Below are positions 37,085-47,164 of a stretch of 64,000 nt of DNA, in pieces. The stretch is taken from positions 26,943 through 90,942 of the forward strand of contig URIR01000002.1 in NCBI GenBank assembly GCA_900547955.1. Direction: 5' to 3'. The translations under genes and the position numbers were made by a program. Numbering within the stretch: the stretch's first letter is position 1; each line of letters starts with the position of its first letter. The notes under the pieces were generated by a model. It worked only from the letters and a program-made list of their open reading frames with translations, was not told the DNA's origin and ran no database searches. This stretch comes from an uncultured Eubacteriales bacterium (lineage in GTDB: Bacteria > Bacillota > Clostridia > Christensenellales > QALW01).

Positions 37085-37396
37085 TTATTCCTCGTTGTCC
37101 TCAGCGTCGTCGCAACAGCACTCATCATCGTCACAGCAGCAGTCATCGTCGCAGAAGCACTCGTCCTCATATTCGTCGCCGTAAATAGCCGCTTCGGCCT
37201 CAGCCAAATCTCCGTCCAGTTCATCCACATAAGCTCCCAGCTCGTCAATGGATTCCTGATGGTCCTCAAGGTCAAAGGCTATAAGCTCCAGCGCATTAAC
37301 TATTTCTGAAATAAGCTTTCCCTCGGTAGTATTGGTGTCAAAATTGGCTCCCTCGATAAGTCCCTTAAGATAAGCAACCTTCTCATTAATAATCAT
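37085..37396 (-). CDS. small acidic protein with helical N-terminal domain and Cys/Asp-rich tail
   Basis: 103 aa. It starts MIINEKVAYLKGLIEG... and ends YGDEYEDECFCDDDCCCDDDECCCDDAEDNEE. It lies directly downstream of efp. The family name is not confidently recalled. Confidence 0.6.
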   Translation of the reverse strand: MIINEKVAYLKGLIEGANFDTNTTEGKLISEIVNALELIAFDLEDHQESIDELGAYVDELDGDLAEAEAAIYGDEYEDECFCDDDCCCDDDECCCDDAEDNEE

Positions 37397-37425
37397 GTTA
37401 ATTTTTCTCCTTTATATATTAATAT

Positions 37426-37983
37426 TTACACGCGCTCCATGTATTCTCCGGTACGGGTATCCACACGGATGGTATCCCCAACGTTTACAAACAGAGGCAC
37501 AGGGCATACATAGCCCGTTTCCAGCGTAGCCTGCTTAGTTATATTAGTAGCGGTATCTCCGCGCACTCCCGGCTCCGCATCCACAACCTTCAGCTCCACA
37601 AAATTCTCCGGCTCAACAGAAAAAGCCGTGCCCTTATAAAATTTTATATTAACATTATCATTCTCTTTCATAAAAGGCAGCGCGCTCTCCACCTCCGACT
37701 TATTAAGGGGAAGCTGGTCGTAAGTTTCGTTGTCCATAAAATAGTATATCCCGCCGTCCTCGTATAAATACTGCATTTCCTTGCGCTCTATATGCGCAAG
37801 CGGATATTTATCCGAAGGATTAAACGTGCGCTCCAGCACCGCGCCTGTCATTACGTTTTTAAGCTTGGTGCGCACAAACGCGGCTCCCTTGCCCGGCTTA
37901 ACATGAAGAAAATCCACAATAACAAATACGCTTCCGTCTATCTCCACCGTAACGCCTTTCCTAAAATCACCCGCTGTAATCAT
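37426..37983 (-). CDS. efp: elongation factor P
   Basis: 185 aa with [43 protein letters not shown], including the KPGKG loop. Confidence 0.95.
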   Translation of the reverse strand: MITAGDFRKGVTVEIDGSVFVIVDFLHVKPGKGAAFVRTKLKNVMTGAVLERTFNPSDKYPLAHIERKEMQYLYEDGGIYYFMDNETYDQLPLNKSEVESALPFMKENDNVNIKFYKGTAFSVEPENFVELKVVDAEPGVRGDTATNITKQATLETGYVCPVPLFVNVGDTIRVDTRTGEYMERV

Positions 37984-37997
37984 CTCTTACCTCCGTA

Positions 37998-39062
37998 TTA
38001 TAAAATTATTAAATTATTATCCGACCGCGTAATATCCTCATATCCGCTTTCGGTTATAAAACACATGTTTTCTATGCGCACGCCGCCAATATTGGGAATA
38101 TATATGCCCGGCTCAATGGTAACCACATTCCCGGGAAGAAGCATGCCGTCCCGTTTGTAGGAAAGTACCGGAAGCTCATGAATCTCAATTCCTACGCCAT
38201 GGCCCAGCCCATGCCCGAAATATTCGCCGTATCCCTGCTGTCTGATATAGTCGCGTGCAATAGCGTCAATTTCCCTTACGCCCGCGCCCGGCCTTAAAAA
38301 TTCCTTAGCCCTCTTATGCGCGTCCAATACGATATTATATATTTTCCGCAATTCATTCGGCGGCTCGCCAACCGCCACCGTCCTGGTCATATCCGAACAG
38401 TAGCCGTCCTTTTTCGCGCCGAAATCCAATGTAAGCATATCCCCGCGTTTTAGCTTATACTCTCCGGGCTGAGCGTGAGGCTTTGCCCCGTTTATTCCCG
38501 CGGCGGCTATAGTCTCAAAGGCAAAACCGTCAGCGCCGCTTTTACGCATTAAATATTCTAATTCCGAAGCTATATCCGCTTCGCTCAAGCCGGGCTTTAT
38601 ATACTCTAGCAGCTTATTAAAAGCCGAATCGGTAATATGTTGGGCACGCTTTATCGCGTCCAGCTCATTTTTGTCCTTAACCGCCCTCTGCTCCCTAAGC
38701 ATTTCTCCCACGGGCAGAAACTGCCCCTGCGCATCCCTGGACAATTCCATATAAGCCGCCAGGCTTAAGGACAAATCCTGCACGCCCACGCGCTTAAGGC
38801 GCATATTCTTTATAATCGTGCCCGCCTCTTGCTCTAAAGAATAATTAACCTCTCTTATTTCAAACTGCTCCTGGGCGCGCTGAGCCGCCAGAATATAACG
38901 GCTGTCCGTTAAAAGAATGTCGTCGGCCTGAGAAATAAGCAGCAGGCAATTAGAGCTTAAAAGGCCCGAAAGATAAAATACGTCCGCCCGGTCGGTAACA
39001 ACCAGCCCGTCCAACTCTAAAGCAGCCATATTCTCTTTCAGTTTATTAAGCCTGTCCAGCAT
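37998..39062 (-). CDS. M24 family Xaa-Pro aminopeptidase
   Basis: Metal ligand motifs are present (DFGAKKDGYCSDMTRT, GHGLGHGVGIEIHE, VTIEPGIY). The ATG at 39062 has a GGAGG RBS. It sits in the conserved pepP-efp order. Confidence 0.85.
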   Translation of the reverse strand: MLDRLNKLKENMAALELDGLVVTDRADVFYLSGLLSSNCLLLISQADDILLTDSRYILAAQRAQEQFEIREVNYSLEQEAGTIIKNMRLKRVGVQDLSLSLAAYMELSRDAQGQFLPVGEMLREQRAVKDKNELDAIKRAQHITDSAFNKLLEYIKPGLSEADIASELEYLMRKSGADGFAFETIAAAGINGAKPHAQPGEYKLKRGDMLTLDFGAKKDGYCSDMTRTVAVGEPPNELRKIYNIVLDAHKRAKEFLRPGAGVREIDAIARDYIRQQGYGEYFGHGLGHGVGIEIHELPVLSYKRDGMLLPGNVVTIEPGIYIPNIGGVRIENMCFITESGYEDITRSDNNLIIL

Positions 39063-39122
39063 ATTGCCTCCAATATTCATATCCCGCAATATAATAACAT
39101 AAATATCCGCATTTGTGTAGCA

Positions 39123-39986
39123 TTATTTACCGTCCGCTGAAATAAGCCCATGATAAATTCTTTTCATATCAAGCGCATCCTCAGCCATAGTGCCCTTGGA
39201 TTCACAGATAATCACAGGCTGGGCCTGTTTTTCATACAGCGCCTCGGCTAAAAATATAAAATCGGGACCCCATTGAACATCCGCAAAGGTATGATGCATT
39301 TTTTCCCCAGCTTTGGTATATTCAATACGACTGAAATGGATATGCATATTTCTCATGCGTTCCCCGCCCAGTTCATTTTCTATTTTATCCAATATCTCCT
39401 TAAATTGCTCGCGCGAATTAATTTCACCTATGCTGCGGGCATAAATATGCCCAAAATCAAAGCAGGGCAGAATCCGCTCGTCCACACGGCAAAGAGCAAG
39501 CACCTCGTCAACCGTGCCAAGCTGCCCGCTCTTGCCCATTGTTTCAGGGCAGATTATCATATCCGAATAGCCCCGCTCGTCCATACCGGCTACTACCTCT
39601 TTTAACTGCTCCGTTGCCGTTGCCAGCGCCAGAGCCGGCTCCATCTTCATATACGCGCCCGGATGAAAAACCACTCTTTTGCCCCCCATCAGCCTTGCCA
39701 CATTAAGAGAAGCGTATATGTATTCATTAGCCGCGTCCCGCTTGTCCTTATGAAAATTGGCTAAATTTATATAATACGGCGCGTGCACGCTTACCTCTAT
39801 GCCGTTCGCACGAGCCTGCTCCCCTATTTCCGCAGCGGTTTCGTCGGATATACGAACGCCCTTGCCGCAGGAATATTCATATGCGTTTAGCCCCATGTCC
39901 TTAACCCATTTCATGGCCTCGGCCGTGCGCTTGCCGCCCTGCTCATAAAATGAATCGCTGTTGCCCGAAGGCCCGAATTTAATCAT
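39123..39986 (-). CDS. TIM-barrel protein of the xylose isomerase-like / AP endonuclease family 2 fold
   Basis: 287 aa with MIKFGPSGNSDSF..., HAPYYINL and VFHPG motifs reminiscent of endonuclease IV-like proteins. Function is not assignable by eye. Confidence 0.55.
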   Translation of the reverse strand: MIKFGPSGNSDSFYEQGGKRTAEAMKWVKDMGLNAYEYSCGKGVRISDETAAEIGEQARANGIEVSVHAPYYINLANFHKDKRDAANEYIYASLNVARLMGGKRVVFHPGAYMKMEPALALATATEQLKEVVAGMDERGYSDMIICPETMGKSGQLGTVDEVLALCRVDERILPCFDFGHIYARSIGEINSREQFKEILDKIENELGGERMRNMHIHFSRIEYTKAGEKMHHTFADVQWGPDFIFLAEALYEKQAQPVIICESKGTMAEDALDMKRIYHGLISADGK

Positions 39987-40494
39987 ATATATCCTCCATA
40001 TATTTCATGCTTTTATTTATCCGCCTGCGCGGACGGCGCTCGCGCAGCCTGTTAAACTTGGTAAAAATATATTCCCTGCTGGAAATGGGCGTCAAAAGCA
40101 CCGAAATTGCCCCCAGCCTCGCCGCCGAAAGCACATCGGTATAAAGCTGGTCGCCTATAATCGCAGCTTTTTCCGGCTTTATCCCCTCTTCAGACAATAT
40201 CTTTCTCAATTTATCCCCGTTTGGTTTGTGCGCTCCCGCAATATATTTAATACCCAGAGCGTCCGCCGTATCCGCCACCCTATCCGAACTGCCGTTAGAT
40301 AATATATATATATCAAACGCTTTTTTAGCTTGATTAAGCCAGTTAATGGTCTGGGCTGAGAAATCCTTAGTGCGCCAGGGAGCGAGCGTGTTATCCAAAT
40401 CCAATAACATGACTTCTATTCCACGTTGGGCAAGCACTTTCAAATTCACTCCCGAAATAGACTTTGCTAAATAATCAGGCCGTAATTCTTTCAT
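39979..40494 (-). CDS. YqeG-family HAD-IIIA phosphatase
   Basis: Has LLDLDNTL (the DxDxT motif) and IGDQLYTDV. The ATG at 40494 has a GGGAGGG RBS and overlaps the folC stop (ATGA). Confidence 0.75.
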   Translation of the reverse strand: MKELRPDYLAKSISGVNLKVLAQRGIEVMLLDLDNTLAPWRTKDFSAQTINWLNQAKKAFDIYILSNGSSDRVADTADALGIKYIAGAHKPNGDKLRKILSEEGIKPEKAAIIGDQLYTDVLSAARLGAISVLLTPISSREYIFTKFNRLRERRPRRRINKSMKYMEDIYD

Positions 40495-41738
40495 TTTCCC
40501 TCCCTGCTTAAAAGCGCCAGGGCCTCGCCCACAAGATACAGCGAGCCGCATACTAAAATCAGCGCGTCATTATCCAGCCGCATAGCCAATTCCAGGCCTT
40601 TCCGCAGCTCGGACGCCTCATATGCCTTTAACCCCTGTTTTTCAAAAGTATTTTTCAATTCACTAGCGGCTAAAGCCCGCGGATATTCCGGCATGCCTAC
40701 GGCTACAGCCATTTCAGCCAGCGGCGCAAGACGCGCGCATACTCCTAAATAATCCTTATCCTTCATAACGGCGCAAACCAATACTATTCTGCGCCCGTCC
40801 GCGCAGCTCTTTAAAAAATCCGAAAGCGCTCCCGCGCCGTCCGGATTATGCGCGCCGTCCAGAAGTATATCCCGGCCTCTATATTTTCTTAAATCCAGCC
40901 TGCCCGGCCAGAGCGCCGACGAAATGTCCCGCAAATCCGACTTAAAACTGCTGTATTGATTAAGATACTCTAAACAGCTTACCGCGCATGCTCCGTTATA
41001 TATCTGATATTCTCCCAGCAAATTCAGCTCATAGCCTGCGCCTTTATAGACAAAGCGCGTGCCGCTTAGAGTGCAGGATGCTCTAGATATATCCTCAGGC
41101 CTTATCCGGGTAAAGGGCGAGTTAAGCTCCAGCGCCTTATTCCTGATAATCCCTGCCGGCGAATCTGGGCATACTCCTAATACTACAGGCACGCCCGGTT
41201 TTATTATCCCTGCTTTCTCCTGAGCAATCTTCTCCAGCGTATCTCCTAGTATTGCGGTATGATCCAGGCTGACCCCCGTTACAGCGCAAACCAGCGGATT
41301 GCATAATACAGTTGGATCGGTGCCACCGCCCATACCGGCCTCTATTACGGCTATATCAACATCAGCGCATACGAACATATCAAACATCATAGCCGTAATA
41401 AAGCCGAAATGCGTAAGTTTTTCCCCTTCTTGAGCCTCATATACCCGCCTGGCAGAAAGCTCCAGCGCCTGGTCGGACGCCTCCTGGCCGTCTATTCTTA
41501 TTCGCTCGTTAAAGCGAACAAGGTAGGGCGAAGTATACAATCCCGTCCTATAACCGGCGCGTCTTAGAGCGCATTCTATCATTGCACAGACTGAGCCTTT
41601 GCCATTGGTTCCGGTAACATGTACGCATTTTACCCTGTCCTGCGGATTGCCCATACGTAAAAGCACCTGTCTAAGCTCCTGAACACAGCCGCGGCCCGTA
41701 AAAGCCGGCAGGCGCGGAATGTAATCCAGATAGCTCAA
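40491..41738 (-). CDS. folC: bifunctional folylpolyglutamate synthase / dihydrofolate synthase
   Basis: Mur-ligase fold with VTGTNGKGS, a TSPYL motif and DGAHNPDG. It lies downstream of valS, as in many Firmicutes. Confidence 0.9.
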   Translation of the reverse strand: MSYLDYIPRLPAFTGRGCVQELRQVLLRMGNPQDRVKCVHVTGTNGKGSVCAMIECALRRAGYRTGLYTSPYLVRFNERIRIDGQEASDQALELSARRVYEAQEGEKLTHFGFITAMMFDMFVCADVDIAVIEAGMGGGTDPTVLCNPLVCAVTGVSLDHTAILGDTLEKIAQEKAGIIKPGVPVVLGVCPDSPAGIIRNKALELNSPFTRIRPEDISRASCTLSGTRFVYKGAGYELNLLGEYQIYNGACAVSCLEYLNQYSSFKSDLRDISSALWPGRLDLRKYRGRDILLDGAHNPDGAGALSDFLKSCADGRRIVLVCAVMKDKDYLGVCARLAPLAEMAVAVGMPEYPRALAASELKNTFEKQGLKAYEASELRKGLELAMRLDNDALILVCGSLYLVGEALALLSREGK

Positions 41739-44377
41739 ATTAATTCACCTGCCGCCTTAATACGCTGTTCCACCTTTTCAAGCATATCTCTGTATTTTTC
41801 CGCCTTAGCGCGTTCAGAGTCAACTACCTGAGCGGGCGCTTTATTTACAAAGCCGGGGTTATTTAACTTACCCTCCGCTCGCTTTATTTCATTAAGCAGA
41901 TTTTCCTTTTCCTTCTGAAGCCTGCTCAGCTCCTTTTCTGCATCTATAAGCTCGCCCATAGGAATAAAGCATTCAGCCTTAGCCCCTACTACGGCCGCCA
42001 TTTTTTCGTCCGCCGCCGGACGCTCTGAAATTATTTCCGCCTTAGACGCCCCCGCCAGCTTTTCAAAATATATAAGAGCCTGCTGCATAAAATCCGAATC
42101 CCTGCCCGGCAGAATATAAACGGCCGTGCGTTTGCCGGCTGGAACGTCCATTTCTGCGCGCAGATTGCGGATATTGCGGATAAGCTCTATAACCCCCTCA
42201 AATTGCTCCTCCTGCGTCCTGAAATCCATTTCCTCACGAACTGTCGGCCACGCCGAGCGCATTATAGTCTCTTCGGCGTTAGGCAGATGCAGATATATTT
42301 CCTCAGTTATAAAGGGCATAAACGGATGCAGAAGCTTCATAGCTCCCGAAAGCACATGGCACAGTACTGCCAGCGCCGTGAGCTTGGCCTCCTCCTTATC
42401 GCCGTACAGCCTGGGCTTAGTTAATTCTATATACCAGTCGCAGTATTCGCTCCATATAAAATCATAAAGCTTCTGAGCAGAAAGCCCCAATTCATATTTC
42501 TCCATATTGGCGGTTATTTCCCCCGTCAGCTTATTAAACCTGGCCAATATCCATTTATCCGCTATATCCAGTTCCAGTCCCTCTATCCCCGGAATCTCAC
42601 GATTGTTAATATTCATCATGACAAAGCGGGCGGCATTCCATATCTTATTGGCAAAATTCCTATAAGCCTCTGCTTTTTCCCAATAGAAGCGCATATCGTT
42701 TCCGGGCGAATTGCCCATAGCTAATGAAAAACGCAGCGCGTCCGCGCCGTATTTATCTATAACCTCCAGCGGGTCGATGCCGTTGCCCAGCGATTTGCTC
42801 ATTTTACGGCCCTGGTCGTCCCGGACTATTCCGTGAATAAGCACGTCCTTAAAAGGTACCCGGCCCATTTCGTTAATGCTGGAAAAAATCATGCGGGCTA
42901 CCCAGAAGAAAATTATATCGTAGCCGGTTACCAATACGTTTGTGGGGAAAAAGTATTCCAATTCAGGCGTTTTATCCGGCCAGCCCAGCGTAGAAAACGG
43001 CCAGAGCGCGGAAGAAAACCAGGTATCCAATACGTCCTCATCCTGCTTAAAGCGAGTACCGCCGCACTTTTTGCAGGTGTGCGGCGCATGCTTGGCCACA
43101 GCCATATGCCCGCAGTCCTCGCAGTAATAGGCAGGTATACGGTGTCCCCACCAGAGCTGACGCGAAATACACCAGTCCTTTATATTTTCCATCCAATTAA
43201 AATATGTCTTTTCAAAGCGCTCTGGAATAAATTTAACCTCTCCCTCCTTAACCGCCTTTATAGCGGGATGCGCCAAAGGCTTCATATTTACGAACCACTG
43301 CATGGAAAGCATTGGCTCAACTACCGTCTTGCAGCGGTAGCAATGTCCCACGTTATGAACATAATCCTCAATCTTAACCAGCTCGCCGCCCTCTTTAAGG
43401 CGCTCAACCAGCTTTTTACGGCATTCAAAGCGATCCAGGCCCTGATATTCCCCGGCATTCTCATTCATGACGCCCGCTTCATCCATGACCTTGATAATCT
43501 CCAATCTATGTCTGCGGCCCACCTCGAAATCGTTTGGGTCATGCGCAGGGGTAATCTTAACCACGCCCGTGCCAAATTCCTTTTCCACATACTCGTCCGC
43601 AATTATCGGAATTTCACGGCCCAAAACAGGCAGTATGGCCACTCCTCCCACAAGCTTAGAATACCGTTCGTCCTCGGGATTGACCGCTAAGGCGGTATCT
43701 CCCAGCATGGTTTCGGGACGGGTAGTCGCTACAATCAAACTGGCGTCCGAATCTTTAACCTGATAGCGTATATGCCAGAGATGAGAGGGCTGCTCCAGAT
43801 AATCCACCTCGGCGTCCGAAAGCGCGGTCTTGCATTGAGGGCACCAGTTTATTATGCGGTCTCCCCTATAAATAAGCCCTTTGTTATAAAGCTGCAAAAA
43901 CACCTCGGTAACAGCCTTAGAGCATCCTTCGTCCATGGTAAAGCGTTCCCTCTGCCAATCCAAAGAGGAGCCTAATTTCTTTAACTGCTCAACTATCCGG
44001 CCTCCGTATTTCTCCTTCCAGGCCCAGGCCCGTTTTAAAAATTCCTCCCGGCCGATATCATATTTAGATAGCCCTTCTTCCTTAAGCGCTTCTACAATCT
44101 TTACTTCAGTTGCGATACTGGCATGGTCGGTTCCGGGCATCCAAAGGGTTTCATAGCCCTGCATACGCTTAAAGCGGATTATAGCGTCCTGCATCATATT
44201 ATCCAGCGCATGGCCCATATGAAGCTGGCCGGTTATATTGGGCGGGGGTATAACTATGGTAAAAGGCTCTTTATCCGGATTGACCTCGGCATGAAAATAT
44301 CCCTTTTCCTCCCATTTTTTATACAGCCTGTCTTCCACCTCTTTAGGATTATATTGCTTATCCAGCATGTTTTCCAT
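41735..44377 (-). CDS. valS: valine--tRNA ligase
   Basis: [12 protein letters not shown] (HIGH), KMSKS and a C-terminal coiled coil are present. The ATG at 44377 ([11 protein letters not shown]...) follows GGAGG. The upstream 34 codons of the ORF lie inside the T-box leader. Confidence 0.95.
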   Translation of the reverse strand: MENMLDKQYNPKEVEDRLYKKWEEKGYFHAEVNPDKEPFTIVIPPPNITGQLHMGHALDNMMQDAIIRFKRMQGYETLWMPGTDHASIATEVKIVEALKEEGLSKYDIGREEFLKRAWAWKEKYGGRIVEQLKKLGSSLDWQRERFTMDEGCSKAVTEVFLQLYNKGLIYRGDRIINWCPQCKTALSDAEVDYLEQPSHLWHIRYQVKDSDASLIVATTRPETMLGDTALAVNPEDERYSKLVGGVAILPVLGREIPIIADEYVEKEFGTGVVKITPAHDPNDFEVGRRHRLEIIKVMDEAGVMNENAGEYQGLDRFECRKKLVERLKEGGELVKIEDYVHNVGHCYRCKTVVEPMLSMQWFVNMKPLAHPAIKAVKEGEVKFIPERFEKTYFNWMENIKDWCISRQLWWGHRIPAYYCEDCGHMAVAKHAPHTCKKCGGTRFKQDEDVLDTWFSSALWPFSTLGWPDKTPELEYFFPTNVLVTGYDIIFFWVARMIFSSINEMGRVPFKDVLIHGIVRDDQGRKMSKSLGNGIDPLEVIDKYGADALRFSLAMGNSPGNDMRFYWEKAEAYRNFANKIWNAARFVMMNINNREIPGIEGLELDIADKWILARFNKLTGEITANMEKYELGLSAQKLYDFIWSEYCDWYIELTKPRLYGDKEEAKLTALAVLCHVLSGAMKLLHPFMPFITEEIYLHLPNAEETIMRSAWPTVREEMDFRTQEEQFEGVIELIRNIRNLRAEMDVPAGKRTAVYILPGRDSDFMQQALIYFEKLAGASKAEIISERPAADEKMAAVVGAKAECFIPMGELIDAEKELSRLQKEKENLLNEIKRAEGKLNNPGFVNKAPAQVVDSERAKAEKYRDMLEKVEQRIKAAGELI

Positions 44378-44390
44378 TTTTCCTAACCTC

Positions 44391-44625
44391 CTAATAAAAA
44401 TAAAACCGTCCTTTACAAAAAGGACGGCTGAACCGCGGTACCACCTTAATTCCGCACGCATAAAGCGCGCGGCGCTCATTACGCTTTAACGGGCGCACCC
44501 GTGCAGAGCTACTTTAAAACACTTTCACCCTGCGCGCTCCAAAGCGACCTTCAGCTTGTTTCCCCGCGCCCTTTCACCGCTACGAGCGCTCTCTTAAGGC
44601 AGAAACACAGCCTACTCCTCTTTTT
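44391..44625 (-). promoter_or_regulatory. T-box riboswitch leader of valS with terminator/antiterminator
   Basis: On the minus strand it has the T-box sequence GGTGGTACCGCG (44433-44444). This is followed by the terminator hairpin AGCCGTCC...GGACGGTT plus a T run (44391-44428). Upstream stem I elements include AGAGAG and GGTGAAAG. A GUC (Val) triplet lies in GAAGGUCGC (near 44538-44546) as a candidate specifier. Confidence 0.85.
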
Positions 44626-44638
44626 CACAGCGATATAT

Positions 44639-45217
44639 TCAATTACTCCGCTTACTGCGCGGACGGATTATATTTAGTATACCGTATTGTACCATAGCCA
44701 GCACACTTAGCGCAACTGAAAAATATACAAAAATATCAAGGGCCAGGCTCATGCCGGGCGACGAAAACCACAATTTTCGGAAAAAGCAAAGCGCAATAGC
44801 TACGCTCATTATAAATGAAGCTATTTTCCCAAAATTATTGGAATATACAACCCGCTTTAACCTTTTAAGCACATACCACCCGCCGATAATCATTATTAAT
44901 TCCTTTACAGCCATTATAATGGCCGCGGCAAGAGGCAGAAATCCTATAACCGTAAGGCATACAAGCGCCGAAACCTGCAAAAGCTTATCGGCTAAAGGGT
45001 CGAAAAGCTTGCCGAAATTGGTTATTGCGTTCAGCCTGCGCGCCAGATAACCGTCCAATAAATCAGACATCGCAGCAAAAATGAATACGGCAAAGGCGAT
45101 ACGCTTGTCCTCATAGACAAAGAAGCAAAATATAAATACGGGAATAAGCAGAAGCCTTATAACCGTAATAATATTAGGTAACATTTTAAGCATTTTTATA
45201 CGACCGGCTTTTCTCAA
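44639..45217 (-). CDS. pgsA: CDP-diacylglycerol--glycerol-3-phosphate 3-phosphatidyltransferase
   Basis: Has the CDP-alcohol phosphatidyltransferase motif DLLDGYLARRLNAITNFGKLFDPLADK and multiple TM helices. The start is uncertain (TTG at 45217, ATG at 45193 or 45184). Confidence 0.85.
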   Translation of the reverse strand: MRKAGRIKMLKMLPNIITVIRLLLIPVFIFCFFVYEDKRIAFAVFIFAAMSDLLDGYLARRLNAITNFGKLFDPLADKLLQVSALVCLTVIGFLPLAAAIIMAVKELIMIIGGWYVLKRLKRVVYSNNFGKIASFIMSVAIALCFFRKLWFSSPGMSLALDIFVYFSVALSVLAMVQYGILNIIRPRSKRSN

Positions 45218-45645
45218 ATTAGTATGCGCTCCCTAAGCATAGCGGCGTATACCCATAATCCCTGTTTTTTGCAGGAATGATACTATATTATACTCCAAAT
45301 TGCCTGAATTAACAAGCCTAAGTTAGACAAAATCACAGCTTATATCTCATTTAGGCAATCTAAATTAATAAAAATAAGTAAATTTGAGCTTCCGGACTTA
45401 GAAAACTTAAAAGGGACAAAGCGTACAAAACCAAGCAGATGCATTAACTGCTGTACATCCGCATGCGCAACAATTGAAATACCAAAATAATACCAGGAGT
45501 TTTGGTATCAAAATACAGGATATTAAAACTTGGCAAACTGCTTTCGGGCCGTTCAGTATTTTCCCAGACGCGCTCACGATATAAGCGGCTTTTGAGTTTG
45601 AGCAGGGAAAGGGCGGTGGGGGTTAAGCTGGGGGGAGATAGGTGT

Positions 45646-45922
45646 AAGTTAATCTTTTCACATCAAAATAGCGGAATCCCGTCTATTATCTCGCACACAG
45701 CTATATATGCAAATGGATAAGCTTTTTATATTGCATAAAGCCATGGGGCGCCCCGCCCTTTTAATGTGGGCGCATCCCGCTGGAAGCATTTCTACAGGTG
45801 CTGTCGCATTCCATGCGAAATTTTTCTTTAAAGCTTTAACCCTGCGCCCGCCCCTCGCCCTTTGGGCGATGGGCCATATAAACCCGCCGCCTTAACGGCG
45901 GCCTGCCCGCGCCCCTAGCAAT
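45646..45922. repeat. left arm of a ~280-bp inverted repeat flanking the XRE/Zn-ribbon cassette
   Basis: By hand alignment it is the reverse complement of 46881-47159. The first ~125 nt differ at one position. Overall identity is about 90-93%, with two divergent hairpin blocks. Confidence 0.9.
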
Positions 45923-45946
45923 ATACCAAGCTTTTTCTCTAAAAAT

Positions 45947-46198
45947 CTACTTATCATAGCTTATAGGATACAAAACATCGCCAACTTGAGCGTCAATTAC
46001 TCTATTACGACATCTTTCGCAAATTCTTTGATTATTCAAAGTTATTAAATTAGCTATACTGCCACAAAAAACACAGCTAGGATAAATCTTTGCAACAAAA
46101 ATCTTATTCTTGGTTATCGTCAGCTCTATATTATTTGTTAAAGCTACTTTAATATCTTTTATTTCAGATTCATAAAGTTTTCCCACAGTCTTTTTCAT
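45947..46198 (-). CDS. small zinc-ribbon protein (83 aa), function unknown
   Basis: Four cysteines in a CVFCG...(22 aa)...CERC arrangement. An AGAGG RBS lies 7 nt before the ATG. The gene is AT-rich and transcribed divergently from the XRE genes. Confidence 0.55.
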   Translation of the reverse strand: MKKTVGKLYESEIKDIKVALTNNIELTITKNKIFVAKIYPSCVFCGSIANLITLNNQRICERCRNRVIDAQVGDVLYPISYDK

Positions 46199-46300
46199 AA
46201 AGTACCTCTAAAATTTTTCATTTGCACCTGTATAGGAGCAATTATAACAGAAATTAATGATAACATCAAGAAAAAATTGTACTGAAATAGGAGCAAAACT

Positions 46301-46558
46301 ATGAACAAAGCATTTAACCGAGCCGTTGGCCAAAACATCAAGCGGCTTAGAGAGAAAAACAACTGGAAGCAATCTGATTTAGAAGCAAAATTAGGCTTAT
46401 GTAAAAGCCCTATAACAAGAAGCACCATTGCCAAAATCGAAGCCGGTCAGCGAAATATTTATCTTAATGAACTCAAATTATTTAAAGATGTCTTCAAAGT
46501 AAACTATGAAGCTTTTTTTGAAAATACACCAGAAAACGACTTATCTGCACTTATATAG
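46301..46558 (+). CDS. XRE-family helix-turn-helix protein (85 aa)
   Basis: GQNIKRLREKNNWKQSDLEAKLGL...STIAKIEAGQRNIYLNEL is an HTH_3/Cro-CI type motif. The RBS is TAGGAG. Confidence 0.8.
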   Translation: MNKAFNRAVGQNIKRLREKNNWKQSDLEAKLGLCKSPITRSTIAKIEAGQRNIYLNELKLFKDVFKVNYEAFFENTPENDLSALI

Positions 46559-46620
46559 GTGCATTTTAAGTATATTCTAATGTTACGATAATGAAAATAA
46601 ATACTAATAGGAGTAACATA

Positions 46621-46845
46621 ATGAATAAAGAGTTTGAAAAAAGCGTTGGAAATAAAATAAGAAATATTAGAGCAAGAAAAGGAGTAACACAGGATGAATT
46701 AGCTTCAATGCTTCAAATAAAAAACTGCGATATTACACGAAGCGCATTAGCAAAAATTGAAGTTGGTCAACGGCACATATATATAGATGAGTTAAAAGCG
46801 ATTAAAGAGGCATTAAAGGTCAACTATGAGGACTTGCTTAACTAG
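46621..46845 (+). CDS. XRE-family helix-turn-helix protein (74 aa), tandem paralog of the previous gene
   Basis: MNKEFEKSVGNKIRNIRARKGVTQDELASMLQI...SALAKIEVGQRHIYIDEL. The ATG at 46621 was chosen because it reproduces the RBS and N-terminus (TAGGAG...ATGAAYAAAG) of the first paralog. Confidence 0.8.
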   Translation: MNKEFEKSVGNKIRNIRARKGVTQDELASMLQIKNCDITRSALAKIEVGQRHIYIDELKAIKEALKVNYEDLLN

Positions 46846-46880
46846 TATTTACACCTTCTAACGCCGGGAAGATTGCTGGG

Positions 46881-47159
46881 GGCGCGGGCAGGCCGCCGTT
46901 AAGGCGGCGGGTTTATATGGCTCCCTGGCCCATAGGGGCAGGGAGCGGGCGCAGGGTTAAAGCTTTAAAGAAAAATTTCGCATGGAATGCAGCGGCGCCT
47001 GTAGAAATGCCGTCGGCGGGGTGCGCCCACATTAAAAGGGCGGGGCGCCCCATGGCTTTATTCAATATAAAAAGCTTATCCATTTGCATATATAGCTGTG
47101 TGCGAGATAATAGACGGGATTCCGCTATTTTGATGTGAAAAGATTAACTTCCCCCCTCC
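46881..47159. repeat. right arm of the ~280-bp inverted repeat flanking the XRE/Zn-ribbon cassette
   Basis: Reverse complement of 45646-45922 (see the left arm). Confidence 0.9.
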
Positions 47160-47164
47160 CCGCT

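Noticed and set aside
45502-47138. ORFs 45502-45720, 45707-45895 and 46917-47138 within or next to the inverted-repeat arms, and 46195-46434 antisense to the first XRE gene.
   Set aside because: The arm ORFs fall on opposite strands of the same repeat, so they cannot encode a shared protein, and they lack RBSs. The 79-aa ORF is the antisense shadow of a well-supported HTH gene.
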